This document shows, one piece after another, positions 12,239 through 24,603 of a stretch of DNA of 64,000 bases. Under the pieces are notes generated by a model. It was not told the origin of the DNA. It searched no databases and saw nothing but the letters and a program-made list of their open reading frames with translations. The stretch comes from Bugula neritina (Eukaryota; Animalia; Bryozoa): assembly GCA_964035545.1 (NCBI GenBank), contig OZ037771.1:14817133-14881132 (forward strand), in the 5' to 3' direction. The position numbers and the translations under genes are program-made. How positions within the stretch are numbered: position 1 is the first letter of the stretch; each line of letters begins with the position of its first letter.

Positions 12239-13390
12239 AAAGATGCGAAGATATTCTGTAAATACTGTGAAATATTGTAAAATAATTTTATATTTATGTG
12301 AGATTTCAGATTAATATTGTCAATTGCTGCTGCAAACAAATTAAAATAAAACTATTATTTATATAATAATGAGTTTTATTGTACTTGCACTACAAAAGAG
12401 ATTGCTTTTTTCCCCAATTTTCTGATGCAATTAACGTTGTCTGAATGTTTCTTAGGCATGGAATAAACCAAAAATCAAATAAGTCACAGAGCTAGTATTT
12501 ATTAAAAATTATAAGTTAAAACAAATTGAAACATTTTCTATAATTAAGGCTTTCATTTTTCTTAAACTTCAGTTTTCAGACTTGATGTTTTGTTACTATA
12601 TTTTAAAAACCAAAAGTAAACTATGTGGAAAAAGCTATATTTATTTTTTATTAGGTATTATTTGGTGCAAAGAGAAGCTAATTGCTACAGTTGTTTAAAA
12701 TTGTTAAAACTAATTGAATATTCAAAAGATGAGAAATTAATTTTTATATGAGACTTTAATTAGTTTGCTGTAAAAGTATATTGATGAACAAAGCCATTCG
12801 ATGCTATATGATCATAACAGTAAATCTCTTCGTCACGGCACAGTTGCTTTCCATAATGAAGATATTAGCTTTTTCTGGTAAGAAAAGCTGAATGGCAAAA
12901 CTATAGTCACTGCCTATTCAAACCTAACCTTATCTTTTATGAGGTGAAATATGAAGTGGCTAATGTATTGTTCCTCATGATAATTGTGTGCTATTATGAA
13001 GCTAATGCAATATTTACATAGCCACTTTTTCAAATAGAGCCACAGTATTTGCTGATCAGGGTACCAAATATTTTCTATAAGGAGTAATGAAACCGACTAT
13101 ATAGTGAAACTGCCATAATCATAAGCATGCTTATCAATACAAATTTTTCCTGGTTGGATTTATTTATTTGAAAGCCTCATTTGGGAGTGGTTGAGAAGTG
13201 AGGTAAGATATTCAAATTAACATTTATTAATTTGTTTATAACTAGTTTTGTTATTTGTATTTATTATAATAAACATGTGTTGGGCTCATAGGATGAAATG
13301 TTAAATATACTACCATTGAAAGTTAACTTACCAAATCTTCACAACAAAATATTGCGAAGTTTAAAATTATTGATGCTTTAAAATAATTTT

Positions 13391-13462
13391 GCCCCCACTG
13401 GGATTTGAACCTGGGACGTCTGGCTTGCATGCAGGTGAGCTAACCATTACACCACAGGGACC
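13391..13462 (-). mobile_element. tRNA-like element (family 2; tRNA pseudogene or tailless SINE)
   Basis: Reverse complement GGTCCCTGTGGTGTAATGGTTAGC...CAGGTTCAAATCCCAGTGGGGGC has A and B boxes and resembles tRNA-Gln. Anticodon stem does not pair. Followed by AAAATTATTTT. Confidence 0.65.
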
Positions 13463-14451
13463 CACTGCATGGGCAACACTACAAATGCACCATTTTAAAT
13501 GATGATTCTTTTTCAAAAATATTATCATATATTAAATATGTGTTAACCAAAAACTATGTTTCAGACATTTATACTGCTTTGCTTGGTATCACAATATTAC
13601 TTACTAACTTCTAATAAATAATATAGTAGCTAAGTAATACAGTACTACTCAATAATAAATAATAATGTGATACTATGTAATATGGTGTTACCGGATAATG
13701 CTAATAGTAATAATGCATTATTTGATAATATTATATTAATATAATACAATATTGTAGTATATATTACTGTAGTAGTATAACTCTGTTTTACTAAATATAG
13801 TACAGCAACATTTATATTGATATTGTGTTATATTTATACTCGCACTGTATTACAAGATATTGTTGAATTTCTTAGTAATGTAGCATCACTTAGTAATTTA
13901 GTATTAACAACTTTTAAGCAAACTGAATATCAAGTCGGAAGTTTTAAGGAAGTTTTAGATTTGGTAATATGTAGTTAAGTTAGCACTTATACAATGTCTA
14001 TTATTTGTATAGTAGAGTTTCAATTCACAATATCTGTTTTAACAAAGCATCATTATGAACTTGTAAATGCATTCAAATTTCAAAAGTTTTCAAAAGTTAA
14101 TAATCTTGAGGTCTACTTATGTTTACTTGAAGTTTATGCTTCCCCCTCTAGATAGCACCTGTTACCCACACAGCTGCTGGTATACCATGGAATCGTATTT
14201 GTTGGCTTAGGACAGCTTAGGGGACCAGGAAGTTTGCTAACTAGGCTACTGGTGATTCATCTTTTGCTTTGCATGATATTTTTATTTCTACTTTAGAACA
14301 TATGTTTTGAGATAACCAGACTGGGTGCTTTGAAACTCAAGGCTAAGTTATAGTCATATAAACGAGCTCTTGTTGCATGGGTGCCATTTGTCTAATAACT
14401 AGAGAGAACATTTTTAGGATGATCTCCACTGTTTGTCATTAGAAGAACTGC

Positions 14452-14602
14452 TGTAGTAGCTATAGTAGAAGTAGTAGTAGTAGCAGTAGCAGCAGTATAG
14501 CAGTAGCAGCAGTAGCAGTATAGCAGCAGCATTACTTATAGCAGCACTACTGCTGCTGGTAGCAGCAGTAGTAGCAGTAGTAGCAGTAGTAGTAGCAGTA
14601 AT
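14452..14602. repeat. (GTA/GCA)n trinucleotide microsatellite
   Basis: gtagtagtagtagcagtagcagcagt... Confidence 0.9.
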
Positions 14603-15585
14603 ATTAGCTTTTTAAAGGATACACCCTGATATTAATTATATAGCAAATTACAATAGGAGATGCATTGTAATATAATGGTCAGGTTGCCAGGTTTTGGTGT
14701 TACTTGAATTTCTTTTTATTTGTTTACTTTGCCTTTGAAGCAGCGCATAGGGAACTCAGAGCTGGGTATCTGACCGTAGAATATAGTTGGTAACATTACA
14801 TGTATAAGAGATTAAATCACATGTAGTGTTTAGCTAAAGTCTGCATCCTTACATAATATGCTGTTTGCTTCCAGGGTGATCAACTGCTTCAGAAGATTCC
14901 ATCATTCCATTGGTTTGTCCAGAGATACATTACTTGTTATTGGCTAACTTCAAAGTCCACTTTCTCCATTATACTATTGAAGTATGAACCAGTATTTTTG
15001 ATAAAACAATATTTGTTTATATTTTATTTATCTGAGTTTTGCTTAGAGTGTATTGCAACTCTGTATTGGTGTTGAGTGAGGTTTTGGAAATCATTCCAAG
15101 GTAACATAGAACTCGTGATTTTGAGAGAGTATAATGCAGTATATAACCCTCTAACACTCATCATACTAAATTTCTATTGCTTCACTACTACCTTTAGAGT
15201 ATCTTAGACAATCTGAATACAGCATTGTTTTAATGACTTTTAGTGGAAGCTCACTTGAGTGCACAGCAGGTCAATTGAGATGTACTGTAAATCTCACCTA
15301 GGTTATATTATACAGCTAGACCTTAAAATAGTGTCTCCTTATTGCAAATTGTTTTTTCAGTTACCGCATCGACAGTCAATTTTTAATGCAAAGTAAAAGA
15401 TCAAGAGGAGAAAATTAAATAAATGGAAGTTATATTTAAGGGAAAACTTTGTTGTAACTGAGAGATCAAATTAGTTCAAAGACATCGTAGAAAGTTGAAT
15501 TAAAACTTGTTTTATGTTCTTGTGTAATTATACATCATGGTAGAGTTCATCTTTTAAATGTTTTCCTCTGTTTGCCATGTTTCAG

Positions 15586-18500
15586 ATGTCATCACCAACG
15601 TTGATAGAATTTACGATTTCACCCAATGGCTCTGTTACATTGGAGAACAACTACACCCTCTCGCATACAGAAAGTATGACTCAGACCACAGCTGAATATA
15701 CAAGCTCAGCTGAATATACAAGCTCAGCTTTATCGGTCGGTGCGATTGTTGGAGTTACAATTAGCACTGTGGTACTTTTGCTGGTTCTCCTTCTTCTCAT
15801 TAGCTATATTTTTGTTCAAAGAAAGGTATGATCTGCAGTAACACATCTTAAAAAAAATTGAAAATGTAATTTGAATTGATTTTGCCCTTCTGTTTGTAAC
15901 AGCCATTATCTAGAGTCTAGATTCTAGAGTCTGTAGACTGCATGACCTGAATGATATATAATGAAATTATCCACACATACTATAGTACAAACACATGCAT
16001 GATACGCTTCACCTGCTACAACAACACACAAAAAAGCTGATTGCTTTTCATTTAGAATATAACATATCTGTATTATATCAAATTAGTTGCTCCGCATATA
16101 CTGTATTAGTTTTGTGGGTAGAATGCAGTTTAAGTGGGGAGCATAACTCCAGTACAGAAAGAACAAGGCGAGGGAGCAACTCTGAGTAGAGGAATTTTTA
16201 TTGTAGTATATATAGCTGGTAAAAGTAGTCTTGATCCGGCGAGCTCCAGTAGTAGACAGATTCTACACTATATACTAGCTAGCCTCTTTTTATACAAGAA
16301 AAAGTTTTTGTTCTCATCCTTCTGAAAGTCGGAGCCCAAATATCGGCACCTTCCGACAACTCCGACATCGGTACTTTGATCCAATGTCGGAGTCCGACTT
16401 TCGGACAGGATCGAATAACATAATCGCACTGCATTAATGTTTAAATAAATTACAAATAGGGTGCAGGAAAAGACAAATCTAATGTGATATATATATTTGC
16501 CGTAGATTTCCAATACAATACTACTTCGTTTTTTATATGTTTTATTATCAATAGTTATTGAGCAGAGATAACCAGATTGCTGATTTATCATATTAATGTT
16601 ATCACTATAATAAAGTATTTAACTGCTTTGTTTGTTATGCAGTTTTCATAGTCTTAGCACACATGACAAGGCGCCAACTTAATGAATTTTTATGCCCTGT
16701 TTGTTTTTGTATATCAACATTTTGAATCATTGCTACAACAAGTAGAAAGTTACAATCACTGAATTACAACTAAAAATAAAAAAAGTTCTATAGTTCAAAA
16801 GCTACAATAACCTAACTTGCATCACTTTTTTTAGGTAAGGTCACAGCCTCCCAAGCGAATGCACAGTGGTTCAACAATCACCACGAGGTTGATGACTTCC
16901 ATCAACTGCTTTGGTAGAATCTTTGGTGGTCAAAAAGCTGATCCGAGTCGGCCCCAGACACTCTATGATGATCAGTATGACTTGAGAATCAGTGAGTCTT
17001 TAGTATGGCAACTTGATTAAATACATGACTTGAGAATTAGTTAGCCATTAGTATTATTATAAATAATTTGAGTGAAGAATTGATGTGATTTTAAAGCAAA
17101 ACCTTTAGTCAAAGTAATCCGAAACTAAAACCAGAATAATTTTTGTAATTAAAATAACACAAGTATCAAATTGATTTGAAAGAGAAATTGCTCTGCTGGG
17201 TAGTCGAACACACTTGGGTGAAGCAAATAAGCTTTATTGCCTAAATTTATAATTGCTTTTACTGCTTTTGGTTTGGGCTGGCCTAGGATTGAGATTATCA
17301 CGGGGCATAACTCCTTTTGCAATCTTTATAATTATTGTCACAGGCTTTCTCCATATTTTATCTTACTGCCTATTTCTTTGTTTGACTAGGTAATCAGTAT
17401 TATTTTTGAAATTATTAAAATCAATAATGACCAGAAAAACTTTTTATCTACATTATATTGCTTGAAAATTTGGCAATACAGAGTTGCCATGTTTTGGTGT
17501 AAGAGATGCTGCTTTTACACAAAAGACAAGCATCTCACATATGATTTGAAAATCTATGCAATTATAAAAGTGAGAAATGTTTTGCATATAAAAACCTATT
17601 TGGTGAGCTTATTTCTAAAACTTTGAAATGTTTAATTAATGTTATTTGTATTTCGTTGTAATATGTCAGTTGATAGTTATTTATTATTTTCTTCCAATCA
17701 AGGCAGTGCCCTACTTTTAGGTTATTTGAATGTCCAACCTGAACAATCAGATGTCTTAGAATCAAAACCTGCCATACTCAAAAAGGCGTCTGTAGCATCT
17801 GAGGCGAATGTTTATGATGAACCTTCGATATTTACCAACAATCTAGAAATAAGAAGATCACGCAGAAGTAATGTAAGACAAACTGATATATATCTTGCTA
17901 TGCAGTCAGACAACTCAAACGACTTTACTGGCACTGAATTGGGTCTTGAAACATGCATAGCACTGCAGAAAAAACATGGTAACCAACCAGAAAGATCTTT
18001 ATATGAGCCAAGAGTGAGATACTCCAGTAAGCGTAAAGAGTCAGAAGAAGTTTTCCAAAATACAGAGCTATGCCAAGAGAAGGATCCAGCTGATAACGAA
18101 ATATATGAAAACTGTGAAAGCTTCAACCCAGTCTTTACTAACAACCATGAAGACTCTTATGGTGTTGAGGTAATCAGTTTCTGAGCAAATAAAATGTAAC
18201 GAAATAAATTATGAGGATGGAGATCAAAAAAAGAAAAAACATGATGAAGTAAGAAAAAAAGGGAAAGGATCAATTCGTTTTCCAGATTCTATTTGATTTT
18301 TCTTTTGTAGAAAAAAGCTTTTATCTTTTGACACTCAACTGTAAATTCTTAGTGCTAAAAATGCCAAAACAAGATCCAAAAACACTGATTAATATTTTAA
18401 TAAATTGAAACATTCTAAACACCTACATGCATAAGTCACTGTGGATCAATGAAATAAATTACTACCGTCAATATGGTATAGAGATCTTTAATTATCGCAA

Positions 18501-21500
18501 AATATATTTAGTCAAATAAGTTTAAAAATTTATAGATCAAATGTTTTTTTTCACAGTTTTTGTTTCAGCATTTATTAACTTTTTACAGGAGATATATGAT
18601 GAAGCGGAGGCTTCAGATGAAGAAGGATGGAGAGTTATGAAAGCGCCTACAATATTTCTATCAGAGAAAAATGCACAAGCAATGATGCCTATGTGTTCAT
18701 CTCGCTGTAGACCCATAGCAACAGAACCTGATGACATGTATTTAGATATTAGTGATGAAGAATGTTATAAAAATGTAAGCTTCATACAGATACACCTTTG
18801 GTTTTAATGTGTTTACAGCAGCATATGGCATATTTTGGCTAACTATAGATCAAAGCATAAATCTCAAAAGTTTCTCTCTTACATTTACTATAGTTGTTGA
18901 TTTTTATTATGTTATGGATTTCAAAAACGTGACTTTGTGTAGGTACCATTTCAGACTAGATTTAAACACTCCAATGGTAATCATTCTGATAGCAATGACA
19001 GGTCACATGGTCAGCTACATCACAGATCACATGATCACTCACCAAAGATGACTCAGACCAACAGGTAAGCCATAGTAATATTTTATTATAAGCTCTGCTT
19101 TCACAAAGCATCATGTTAGAAAAGCTAGTTTCTGAAGGTTTATTGTAAAATAATTTTGTCCCCATTGGGATTTGAACCCAAGACCTCCGGCTTGCAAGCA
19201 AGTGTGCTAACCATTGCACCACGGAGACCACTGGGTCAACTCAACACTACATTTCAACCAGCTCTCTGAACTCTACTGGCTTATCTACTACTCCTTCAGT
19301 CTTCAGGCTCCCCTGGCCACTCAACTCCCTTGGAGTACTACTACAACTCGCTAAGGCCGAATCGAACCCGAAACCTCTGGCTTGAAAGCAAGGGTGCTAA
19401 TCATTACACCACACGGACCACTGGGTCAACTCAACACTAATTCCATAAAATATAATATACTATGGTATAGTCAAAAATGTGATATAGCTGTTATATTATA
19501 TCTAGTCAGGAAATCAAATTGTGAAAGTATAAAATTTTTTTTTATCAAAGTTGGAACAAGTGAAAAAGATGCAGGATGGAACTGTTAATGAAGTTTTATG
19601 TTGTTTATACTGATTGTAGTACCAATGCGTACCATTTATACACTACCGTCAACTCGTAATTTACAGGTATCTGGTATATAGTGTTGATTGCAACACATTT
19701 GTAAGAGTCTAGTTAATACTAAAGTTGTTTAAACTCTTCCACTATTAGCTGAATCATATTTGAGTGAGTTTGAAGCAAATGGACAATAAACATATTTTTT
19801 ATTTTAACTTTATAGAACTCTCAGCAAAAGGGAACTTGTGAGAAAACAAATCATTGAAACGGTCGACAGCGGCTTCAACTCACTCAGTGTCTCAAGTGGC
19901 ATCATTGTGAGCCCCACCAGTTGGAATCCTTCAGGCTTTAAACAGCTCCTATCAACCGAAGATCTGTTACCAAGTAAAAAAAAATTACAACTCATTTTAC
20001 ATATGGAAAAAATATCTGGTTAATCCTTCACCCTTTACTCTAAGCTATCTATCGCTCACCATGGACATTGATCATTGTTACAGTTAACAATAAATCACGT
20101 TGTTGCTATATTGGTATTTCTAGCATAGTATACCCTTAGTAAATATTATATTGAATTACTATAAAATAAAAATCAATGTATAAATTAAGTAGGTAAAGGT
20201 AGTATGGTTTAGATATGTTACCATGAATATAAATGTTTAATAACTTCGCATTAGTCAAAACACTATATTTTGAGAATTGTAGCTTAAGAAAATGATACCA
20301 TTGTAATGTAAATAAACATATATTGCACACAATTTTAAAGTATTTAAAAATAATTGCGTTTTTGTAGATGCCATAAAGAAATTCTATTCTATGCCAGACA
20401 GACAAGTTGGTAAATGCTATGCTTCCAGCATATTTGCTATTGGAGAATTTGATTGTAATGGTGGAAGACTGTACCCTGCAGGTGACATGTCAGTTAGTTT
20501 GACAATTCCAGCAGGTGCTCTCAAGACCACACAGCTTGTGTACTTACTGATGTCATATGATAATAATGAGTCAGGGGACCACACAGAAAACTTCTCTCCT
20601 ACCATTGAATGTGGGCCTGATGGATTGCAATTTGAGGTTATCCAAATTCTTTCTTGAAGCATTTTGAACGTTAGATTAAGTTTTAAGTAAAAATAACAAG
20701 TTCCTATACTGCCCTTTGTCATTCACTGCGTTCCAATGCTTCGAATAGATATGTACAGGTTGTTAGTACGGATGGGTTGGTGATTTTAGTTTGCATTCTA
20801 TATGGTTGTGGTTTTATTCCATTGAAACTGTTCCCACGTATGAAATGAAAACTTTGTTGAAAAAGCATAGAGACGTTATGTTTTAAATGTTTGTCACATG
20901 AGTTTTCGAAAATAATATATTGTCAAAAATGTTGAAACATATTTGTTTTCTAGGTATCTGCTGTTTTGACAATCCCGCACTCGACTGTCAACATGGAGTT
21001 AGAAACTTTAACGTCTGACGGAAGCTCTAAACAATGGAAAGTAGACTCTAGTAAAACTGGTCCAAGAATTATCCCAACAGATTCGAAGAATGTTGTCTCC
21101 ATCAGCATATGGCACTTTACTGGATTCAAAGTATCCAGGATTCCTGTTAGAGTAAGACACAGTGCTCATGCAAAACTATTTTTCAATAAACCTTAGTAAA
21201 CATTTCCATATTCACTATTAGCATACTATGTTATAATTAGTAATTCATTTAATTTCACACTTGATTAGGTTACTTGAACAGCAAATTTGTTGGCTCCATT
21301 GAAGATAATGTAATAGCTATTAATCATTTATATCATCATGGGTTAAGGGCTATATGCAAATGAATAACATTATAGTGTACCTAGAGGCAAGCATAAAAAA
21401 CATTTTTTACTGGAAATGTTACTGCTTATCTATAATCCTTGCATCTGTGTTAATTAAAGTTGAATGTGCAGTACTGCAAGCTTCACTTTATTTAAAACAA

Positions 21501-24500
21501 ATTTGTGTAGTCTGATGTGCATGAAACAATTATTAGTTGATGACCAATGTTGAGTTGGAGGCTGATCATCTTTTTATGTTATTTATTGAGATAAAATTAG
21601 TAGAGTTGTAGTTGATAAGACCGTTATATGTATAAGGAAGAGAAAAAACCGGTAAAGGATTGTGGGTAATATAATAAAGTATTTGTACAGAATATTGAAA
21701 ATTATCCACTCTTGATAATTAGTTATAAGAAAGAAGAAAATTATTAGTATAATCATTTATTTGTATTAGTAGTATTATATAGATGTTTTTCATTGGGGAG
21801 GAAGATTGCGTCCTATCAGCAATCAAGAATTCTACTTTTTTGACAAGTGTAGACAAATCTGTCTATTTGCAGTCTTCTGCAGCTGGCTGCTCAGCCCAGT
21901 CCTTATCACCAGCCAAGGAAGGAAAACTCCTGTCATTAAATGTCTTCAAAAAAGAAGAGAAAGCAAGAATTTACTTTATAAATGCACCCCCGTCTTCACA
22001 TGCATTGAAACAGGTAATACGTATAATACATATGTATGTGTATGCCCACACAACTTGAACATCCACGAACGCAGGCACGCACGCACGCACGCACGCATGG
22101 CACACTTGAAAGTGCTCAGTTCTGAAATGGAATATACAGTGTATTACATAATACTGTTATAATACCTGCGTGTTATTGCCTCTAATTGAATAAAGACAGC
22201 TCTCTCAATTTTATTTTCAACTGTTGCTGAATATTCTGTATAGATGGATCTTTTCATAGTATTATGCTGTTCATAATATACTCTCATGGAAGTTCAATTG
22301 ATGTTGCAGAAACATGTGACAACTAAAAAAACATTTTTCTGTTTTTGTTTTTCAGGAAATTATCGAGAGAGAAAATATTCTTGGCTTCTCGACTGACTCC
22401 CCGTGGAAAGAGTTCTGTTTTTACTGTGGATGTGGTGATTTGGTGATTGAAGCTTCGAGAGAGATTCAAGGCAAAAAATCTCTCAAAAGGTTAAAACTTA
22501 CTGTAATATACTAAATTGATCAAAGTTGAACTATTGCTTTCAGTATAGTTGTATATCCATGTTTCTTAAAATTTCCCACTTTAGAAGTTTACATTTACCG
22601 AAGAAATGGTTCTGCTTACGAATCAAGAGTCAATAGAGTTCATAGTAACTGAGACACCGATGGTGCTAGACATCACTGCTCACCAGACGTCACCTAGCCT
22701 CTTCTCCCAGTTCTGTATCAAACTAGAAAAGATTGAGAAGCCCTCTCTACCACCCAGTCAAATTGAAGAGAAGTTGAAGGCACTTGTACAATCAATTACG
22801 GTAAGAAACTGCTTAAACTAACAGAATTAATAACATATTAGCAGTTTGTTTCTGTTCTGTAACATGATTACATTTATATAGAGTTTCATTGCTAGTATGT
22901 GGAGAGTTAATTTAGATATTCCTGTATTACCTCTTGCGTTGTGTTCTAAAATAGAGCACATTTGGTTACTTATAAACTACGTATACAAAATTATACTCAT
23001 AAATAGATCAAAAATGACAGAATGTAAAAATTAATCCAATATTATTGATACTCAGAATAATAATATTAGCAGTGTTGATGATTATACAGAATGAAAGTCA
23101 CATTAATATAGCTGATATTAGTAAACACTGCATGAATTGTACACATGCAGACACGAAACTAGTTTTAGCTGTTATTTTTATATAAGCAATATGATATATG
23201 GTACTCAAGTATAAACAGTCATGATTTATATATTATATATATATACCTTCTTGACATATTCATCTCTAGAAAATCTGCGACAAAACATCAAGCTGTGAAA
23301 TTCCAGTTTTCTTGAAACTGATGATAAAAAAAATAATTGAGGCTTCTGAGAAACCATCTTTCTGTAGTCCTAGTAGTTGAAAACTTAATTGCATAATTTA
23401 TATGCTTTAAGCAGGCAATTAGGCTGTACATTGTCTGATTCACTTATCAAATAATAAATAATTGACTGCTGAGGGTGACACATTAAAGGGAGCACTAACT
23501 AGTGTTTATATACTGCATTGTTATATCATTATAGTATTATATTATAAAACATATTATGGTATATGGTTTATATAATAATGTATACTGTTGTTATACTAAC
23601 ATAACAGTGTTTTATACAGAGTATATAAAGTTATTATTACTTAATTGAGTAATGAGGTATTAAATCTTCTTGCATGTAAAATGTTATTTATACGGTTATA
23701 GTTAGACCTGTTCATACAACAAACAGAGAGTAACCTAGCAACCAGTGAAGGGCCGCAGCAATTAACATTGCATCCACCTAGTAACAGAGAAAGCGACATT
23801 TCACTACCAACGCCAGCACCACTAACTTTAAACGAGCCTGCGTTGGAGGACTACAGCAATCCATACGCACAGCCAGGAGCGCTTACCCAGAATGCATCTG
23901 GTAACGCAGAAGAGGAGAGCAGATGATCTTGGTCTCAAGATATGCGTGCAGTCAACCGTGACTCAGCACTTCCTGTTAGAGTACCAGAAGAAAACTGTGA
24001 ACACAGGTAGAGTTCTTAGGAATATATAAAGCATTTTGTTTACTGAATAAGAGATGTCAGCTTATAGAACAAGTGCAACTAAAAGTGTTTGCTTGCCAAA
24101 GTTTGTTTATTTAATAGAAACATAAAATAATTTTGTACCACAAATTTGTTAAATTATATAGACTCACTGCAAGTCTTGTAAAGAAATGTCTTTTCTTGCT
24201 CGTCAATACGTCGATCAAGATATGCCGATTTTAAAAAGTGTTCAGGAATTTTTTACCTTGGAAAATGTACCATTACATCACCTGTTTTTATCAACATTCA
24301 ATGCCTAAATTGTTATAAGTTATGAAGTTATAAGTTATAAACATTTATATTATAAGTTCTATAATTCATTGCAAAGTGAGTTAAAGCTAGATTGAAAGAC
24401 TTTTTAATTTCAGCGACACACTTGGTGCGTGTGGCTGTAGGCCAACAGGTCTGCAAGAAACACGCCAACGAGAAATACTGGAGGTTCCAGGCCAGCGTGA

Positions 24501-24603
24501 AGGCGTGAAAAAGAATCGACGAAGCAGCGGGTACTCCTCATGGCACCCGCAATGTCCGTCCACAGCATCAAAACAATCAGACTCTCTCGAGCTAAAGCTC
24601 TAA
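15586..24603 (+). CDS. Gene B: paralog of gene A (TM + Tyr-rich region + ZU5 + UPA-like); disrupted in this sequence, so possibly a pseudogene or truncated allele
   Basis: Exons 15586-15825, 16835-16991, 17721-18169, 18589-18774, 18943-19064, 19816-19973, 20368-20636, 20954-21151, 21873-22013, 22356-22489 (or -22502), 22585-22800, 23702-24006, 24414-24603. Exon boundaries match gene A from the degron exon onward. TM VGAIVGVTISTVVLLLVLLLLISYIFV. Exon 10 is 1 nt shorter than its A counterpart, and there is an in-frame TGA at 23924-23926 with homology to A continuing beyond it. Confidence 0.8.
19157..19229 (-). mobile_element. tRNA-like element (family 2)
   Basis: Reverse complement GGTCTCCGTGGTGCAATGGTTAGCAC...TTGGGTTCAAATCCCAA: D and T arms pair, anticodon arm does not. 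Same AAAATTATTTT 3' flank as the 13.4 kb copy. Confidence 0.65.
19250..19419 (-). mobile_element. tRNA-headed SINE flanked by a 24-bp direct repeat
   Basis: Head on the - strand GGTCCGTGTGGTGTAATGATTAGCAC...GGGTTCGATTCG plus ~100-nt body. gaccactgggtcaactcaacacta is identical at 19226-19249 and 19416-19439. Confidence 0.65.

Noticed and set aside
13391-13462. Functional tRNA gene (also 19157-19229)
   Set aside because: Anticodon and acceptor stems do not pair properly; treated as tRNA-derived repeats
23270-23380. Possible alternative terminal exon of gene B (KICDKTSSCEIP...SPSS*)
   Set aside because: Phase-compatible acceptor but no counterpart in gene A; the homologous exon starts at 23702
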